IMG/VR virus record: IMGVR_UViG_3300035637_000045
Origin: an uncultured virus (IMG/VR IMGVR_UViG_3300035637_000045)
Lineage: Duplodnaviria > Heunggongvirae > Uroviricota > Caudoviricetes
DNA length: 20,000 bases
Direction: 5' to 3' (one strand)
This document shows, in pieces, positions 15,714-20,000 of the stretch; positions within the stretch are counted from its first letter, which is position 1, and each line of letters begins with the position of its first letter. Below the pieces are notes generated by a model. The model was not told where the DNA came from and did no database searches. It saw nothing but the letters and a program-made list of their open reading frames with translations. The translations under genes and the position numbers were made by a program.

Positions 15714-16151
15714 TCAGCGAGCCTGCTCGCGTGCGATAGCGTGGACGACGCCACGGAAGATGAAGTCCTTGGCCTTCTGCTCGGTCGGCAGGTCAGCGTA
15801 CGGGACGATGCACGGGTGCTCCTTCTTGGCCGGGTCCTTGATCGGGCCGTAGGTCCAGCCGGTGTCCAGCTTCTCGCGCATCCAGGCGTCGTGGCTGGCA
15901 CTCACGCCCAGGTTCGGGTTGCGCAGGTGCAGCTGTACGCCCTTGACGGCGCTGTCGCGCTGCCACTGCGGAGCGTCTTCCCAGTTGGTCTGGGTCATGT
16001 CGCCGACGGCCTCACAGTAGGCCTTGTTGACCTCGTGGGCCACGCGGGCGACGGAGAGTTCCAGCGGAGAAGCGAAGGTCTCGGCGGTGGCGCCGCTGGC
16101 CAGGGCTACGGCGGCGGATGCCTTGGCGGCGGCGGTCATGCGGGTGCTCAC
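15714..16151 (-). CDS. RyR-domain protein, 145 aa
   Basis: HDAWMREKLDTGWTYGPIKDPAKKEHPCIVPYADLPTEQKAKD matches the ryanodine-receptor repeat consensus (H..W...K...GW.YG...D...K.HP.LVPY..L.E.EK..D). GTG overlaps the scaffold stop; alternative ATG four codons later. Confidence 0.85.
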   Translation of the reverse strand: MSTRMTAAAKASAAVALASGATAETFASPLELSVARVAHEVNKAYCEAVGDMTQTNWEDAPQWQRDSAVKGVQLHLRNPNLGVSASHDAWMREKLDTGWTYGPIKDPAKKEHPCIVPYADLPTEQKAKDFIFRGVVHAIAREQAR

Positions 16152-17137
16152 AGCTCATCCCCCCGCATCCGGGCCAGCACGTCGTCCGGCAGCTTGCGGA
16201 AGTCGTCCTGGCTCAGCTTCATGACGTCCTTGGCGGTCAGGGAGCCGCCGGCCTTGTCGCTGTCCATGCCCACCTTGGTCATGCTGGGCGGCGTCTTGCC
16301 CATGGCGTCCAGGGTCTTCTTCACGGCGTCCTTCTTGCGCTCGGCGGCCACGTCCTTGTCGGCCACGCGCGGCGTGGTGTCGATGGCGGCTTCCTGCTTC
16401 TTGGTGCTCGTGCCCAGCAGCTTGTCTACGGCCTTCTGCATGGCGGCGGTGGGGGTCAGGCCCTTGCGCTCGTAGGCACCCTTGAGGTCGATCACGTCTT
16501 CCATCAGGGCCTCGTCGTAGTCGCCGTGATCCTCGTTCAGCTGGGGGTAGGCCGACTCGATGCGCTCCAGGGCCACGTTGTAGCGGGCGCGCTCGGTGGC
16601 GCGGGCTTCGGCCGCCGCGATCTTCATGTCGTTCTTGGCGTCGCCGATGCTGCGCTCGGCCTGACGGATCTTGGACATCAGGGCCGCAGCCTTGTCCAGC
16701 TCGCCTTCGCCCAGCAGGGCGTTGTACTGCTTCTCCATGGCCAGGATGCTCTCCTCGGCCTGGGTGATGTCCTGGTTCAGGGAGGCGACCTCCGTGCCGC
16801 GCTGGAACTGCGACAGCTGGCGCTCCAGGTCGGCGCGCTTGGCACGCTCCTTCTCCAGCAAATCCTTGTGGCGGGACAGCGGGATGCGCTGTTCACGCTG
16901 CTTTTTCTCGGCCTTGGTCTCTTCCTCGGCCTCCGGGTCGGCGTCTGGGTCTTCGGGGTCGATGTCGTCGTCCGAGTCCGCGGCGCTGGGGGTGGGCTTT
17001 GCGGCCGGCGCGGGCTCGTCTTCCGTGGAGACGAAGTCGTCGCCCCGGTCAATCACGCCGGAGCCGCCGGTGTCGGAGCCGTCATCGCCCGCCGGGGCCA
17101 TGTAGCGCGAGAGGAGTTTCTGCAAGAGCGGGTTCAT
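16148..17137 (-). CDS. Capsid scaffolding protein, 329 aa
   Basis: Acidic disordered N-terminus, RIPLSR motif, long coiled coil, C-terminal helix (KLSQDDFRKLPDDVLARMRGD). Lies between portal and capsid. Confidence 0.8.
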   Translation of the reverse strand: MNPLLQKLLSRYMAPAGDDGSDTGGSGVIDRGDDFVSTEDEPAPAAKPTPSAADSDDDIDPEDPDADPEAEEETKAEKKQREQRIPLSRHKDLLEKERAKRADLERQLSQFQRGTEVASLNQDITQAEESILAMEKQYNALLGEGELDKAAALMSKIRQAERSIGDAKNDMKIAAAEARATERARYNVALERIESAYPQLNEDHGDYDEALMEDVIDLKGAYERKGLTPTAAMQKAVDKLLGTSTKKQEAAIDTTPRVADKDVAAERKKDAVKKTLDAMGKTPPSMTKVGMDSDKAGGSLTAKDVMKLSQDDFRKLPDDVLARMRGDEL

Positions 17138-19281
17138 CGGAGTCCTTTGGTTGGTTGGGTGGTCTGGGGCTTCTGCGCGGCCATCGCGGCCTCGCGGGAT
17201 GCTTCTGCGCGCTTGTCCAGGCGCTCCTGGGCCTGCTGCTGGGCCTGGAGGGACAGCTTGTCGTTGTGCTGCTGGCGCTGCAGGCCGAGCTTCTGGTAGT
17301 CCAGCACGCGGCGGTGCTCGAACTCACGCTCGGCCAGGTCGGCCTCGTGCTGGGCCTTGGCCGCCTCCAGCTCAGGGTTGCCGGCGTCTGGGGCGTCGGG
17401 GGGCGTGTTCGCCAGGACCTGGGCCTTGACGATGGTCTCCTGGGTCTTGGCACCCTTGAGCTGGGCATCAGCGTGCTTCTGGGCGGCTTCGCCTTCGGCC
17501 TTGCCGACTTCAGCTTCCTGGGCGCGGCGCTGCAGCTCGGCTGCGGCCTGGGCTTCGGGGCTCTCCTGGTCGCCCTGCATCTGCTTGATGATGTCTTTCT
17601 TGTTCATCAGGCGGCTGGAGTCGATCAGCACGCTGTCGGGGATCATCACGCCCATCTCGCGCAGGGCCACGGCCTGCTCGAACTGGCTGTCTTCCAGGGT
17701 CTCGCGGCGCGGTACGGAGCTGACCACCACGTCGTACTCACCCAGGGTCAGGTCGTTAACGATCTGGCCTGCAGGGGTGACCTCGTTCACGGCGAAGGTC
17801 TCGGTCTCGCCTGTGGCCTCGTCGTGGGTGATCGTCATGATGCGCTCTTCGGTGTAGAACTGCTGCACCAGGTCGAGGATGTTGCGGGCCAGAATGTGGT
17901 CGGTGCGCGACAGGCTGTCCATCGGCTTGGCCAGGTTCGTCGCGCCGGCCTGGCGCTTGGCCTGGATGGCCTTGGCAGCCACGTCCTCGCGGTCGAAGCC
18001 CCGGGCAGAGTCCGATACGCCGGAGATCGTCTTGATGTGCTCTTCGGCCTTGTAGGTGATGCGGTCCAGGCCGGTGGGCACCTGGTTGGGCTGGATCTTT
18101 TCGATGTCGTTGACGTCGTTGACCTCGACTACCAGCCCGGTCTGGGCGCCCTTTTCTTCCAGCTCCTCCACGGTCATATTCGTGAGCGAGCCGGTCTTGA
18201 CCTTCCAGCCGCTGTTGGCCGTGGTGTTGATGACGTGCAGCTCCTGACTGGAGACCTTGTTCAGCAGCTCCTGGGGACCCAGCAGGTTCTCGACCAAGCC
18301 GATGGTCGTGCCCCGGCGGAAGTACGGGAAGAACGGCACCACCGTGAAGTGCTTGTAGGGGCTCCAGTCGTCGTGCAGGCGCACGTTGTCGGCGATCACC
18401 GTCCAACGGATGCGGCGCACGAGCTTGGTCGTGACCTGCAGCCCGTACTGGCTCGTCATCAGGGCGATCTTGTTGCGGTCGAAGTCGTCTGGGATGGGGC
18501 GCATGTCGCCCGTGGTGGGGTCGACGAAGTGTTTCTGGCGGTCCAGCAGGCGGTACTGGCGCTCGATCAGGCGGATGTTGCGCATCACCGAGCTGTTGTC
18601 ATAGTCGCCCGTGTACATCGGGTTGAACCGGTCGCCGAACCGGTCACGGAAGGCCTGGATGCTGTCGTAGCCGTAGGGGAAGAAGCTCTGCTCGCGGTTG
18701 CGCAGATATTCGGCGTCCTCCTTGTTGTAGAGCACCGCGATGTCGTCTGCGGTGACCCACTTGGTCGTGAACACCTCGCTCCAGCTGTCCGGGTCGTACT
18801 CTTCGCCGTCCGGATCGATGATGACGTTCTTGGGGTTCAGGTTGTCGACGATCACCTCGCCCTGCATGCTGTCGCCGTAGCCGATGCGCACGTCCAGGAA
18901 GCCCCGGGAGGTGATGGCACCGTCGGCGAACATGTCGCTGCGCTTCCAGTCGAGCTGGTTGTTGTCGCTGATCTGCTTGAAGACCTTGGTGAGGATGTCA
19001 GCGACTTCGCTGGGGGCACCGGAGCGCGGCCGGAAGCTCGTCTCGGCCCGGTTGAAGATCTGCTCGCCCAGCACGTTGCTGATCGTGGAGAGGATCTTGT
19101 TGATCGTCAGCGCCGGGCGGCGCACGGCCTCCAGGCGGGCCTTGTCGGCGCGGTCCCACTGGTCGCCCCGGAAGAAGGCGTCGCATTTCTCCGCCTTCTG
19201 GACGAACTGGGCATGACCGTTGTCACGACTCCACGCATACCGCGTCCAGATTTTTGTGGCGAGTGCAGTGTCAATCGGCAT
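17134..19281 (-). CDS. Portal protein, P22-like, 715 aa
   Basis: FFRGDQW, RPALTINKI, VPFFPY, GLVENLLGPQELLNK, NDLTLGEYDVVV, and a Q/A/E-rich C-terminal coiled coil. Lies downstream of the terminase. Confidence 0.9.
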   Translation of the reverse strand: MPIDTALATKIWTRYAWSRDNGHAQFVQKAEKCDAFFRGDQWDRADKARLEAVRRPALTINKILSTISNVLGEQIFNRAETSFRPRSGAPSEVADILTKVFKQISDNNQLDWKRSDMFADGAITSRGFLDVRIGYGDSMQGEVIVDNLNPKNVIIDPDGEEYDPDSWSEVFTTKWVTADDIAVLYNKEDAEYLRNREQSFFPYGYDSIQAFRDRFGDRFNPMYTGDYDNSSVMRNIRLIERQYRLLDRQKHFVDPTTGDMRPIPDDFDRNKIALMTSQYGLQVTTKLVRRIRWTVIADNVRLHDDWSPYKHFTVVPFFPYFRRGTTIGLVENLLGPQELLNKVSSQELHVINTTANSGWKVKTGSLTNMTVEELEEKGAQTGLVVEVNDVNDIEKIQPNQVPTGLDRITYKAEEHIKTISGVSDSARGFDREDVAAKAIQAKRQAGATNLAKPMDSLSRTDHILARNILDLVQQFYTEERIMTITHDEATGETETFAVNEVTPAGQIVNDLTLGEYDVVVSSVPRRETLEDSQFEQAVALREMGVMIPDSVLIDSSRLMNKKDIIKQMQGDQESPEAQAAAELQRRAQEAEVGKAEGEAAQKHADAQLKGAKTQETIVKAQVLANTPPDAPDAGNPELEAAKAQHEADLAEREFEHRRVLDYQKLGLQRQQHNDKLSLQAQQQAQERLDKRAEASREAAMAAQKPQTTQPTKGLR

Positions 19282-19356
19282 GGTGGCGGACCCGCTCGCG
19301 CGAGTGGTCCGCCGTGCCGATCAGGCCGGTTTCGTGTGTTTGTGGGGAGGGCGCGC

Positions 19357-19710
19357 TCATTTCAGGTATCTCAGCTTGTACAAGGTCTGGGCCGTCAGGG
19401 CCTGCAGCTCGTTCAGGATGTTGGCCAGGGCCTGGTTCTTGCCGTCCTCGGCCAGCTCGGCTGCGATCTTGCCGAGGTAGGCGGTCAGGCTGGAGATCAG
19501 GTTGCCCGAGGGCAGGCTGGTGGCGGGGAACGACTTGATCCGGCCCCCGGTGCCCATGTAAACCTCGGCGTACTGGTCAACCAGCGGCAGGAGGGCGCTG
19601 TAGAAGTCGCCGAGGGCGACGTGCTGGGCGTAGGACTCGGTCGAGAGGTGGGCCAGGTGGGCTGCGGTGCGCAGCGCCATGCTATCGACGATGAATTGGG
19701 GGCAGCTCAT
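19357..19710 (-). CDS. Dps/ferritin-like four-helix protein (DUF5856-like), 117 aa
   Basis: Start re-set to ATG 19710. AHLAHLSTESYAQHVALGDFY...VDQYAEVYMG...LYKLRYLK resembles the Dps H...H...D..AE ferroxidase pattern. Confidence 0.7.
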   Translation of the reverse strand: MSCPQFIVDSMALRTAAHLAHLSTESYAQHVALGDFYSALLPLVDQYAEVYMGTGGRIKSFPATSLPSGNLISSLTAYLGKIAAELAEDGKNQALANILNELQALTAQTLYKLRYLK

Positions 19711-19726
19711 GCGTATCCGTCCCACT

Positions 19727-20000
19727 CTAGGCCGCCATGTGGCCGACCGTCCCGCCGAGCACGCTGAGTTTCTTGCGCCATGATTCTGGTTCCTTCGTCT
19801 TCGGCCTGCGTGGAGGCTCCTTGTTGACCGCCATCGTCGCCATCCAAGCCAGCGCGTCGACCTGATCGTCGTGCACACCGGCCGGGAAGCGCAGCATCTC
19901 TGCCCGTGCGCCTTCATACCATTCGGCGCTGTCGGAAAAACTCACCATCCCTTGCTGCATGCGCCCTTGGAGCGGTCGCGCCCGGGCCATCTTATCGGTG
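19727..20000 (-). CDS. terL: Terminase large subunit, C-terminal nuclease end (5' part outside the window)
   Basis: DKMARARPLQGRMQQG...EMLRFPAGVHDDQVDALAW contains the characteristic FP...HDDQVDA motif. Confidence 0.9.
   Translation of the reverse strand, partial: TDKMARARPLQGRMQQGMVSFSDSAEWYEGARAEMLRFPAGVHDDQVDALAWMATMAVNKEPPRRPKTKEPESWRKKLSVLGGTVGHMAA

Noticed and set aside
16999..19767. 922-aa plus-strand ORF and the other long plus-strand ORFs (945..2366, 12832..13956, 13520..14893, 16118..17299)
   Set aside because: Antisense to well-supported structural genes, with shadow-frame composition.
1..20000. tRNA, rRNA, integrase, transposase or att site
   Set aside because: None recognised. 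Free phage versus prophage cannot be decided from this window.

Overview
High-GC late-gene region of a tailed, podovirus-like phage or prophage (P22/F116/933W/Bcep22-type head and tail module). All credible genes are on the minus strand. In transcription order: terminase large subunit C-terminus, Dps/ferritin-like protein, portal, scaffold, a three-gene insert (RyR-domain protein; unknown domain fused to DUF2829/Tad2-like; gp49/66 Acb4-like), major capsid, small virion proteins and adaptors, a 1733-aa fibre-like protein with three Asp-box blocks and 20-aa repeats, a lysis cassette (holin, SAR endolysin, i-spanin with embedded o-spanin), a nozzle-like protein, a second small fibre-type subunit, and a >836-aa ORF that runs off the left edge and is missing from the supplied ORF track. 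The main finding is the candidate anti-defence cassette against nucleotide immune signals, placed between scaffold and capsid and carrying an uncharacterised domain fused to the Tad2-like domain. All family assignments come from recognising motifs by eye; no searches were run.
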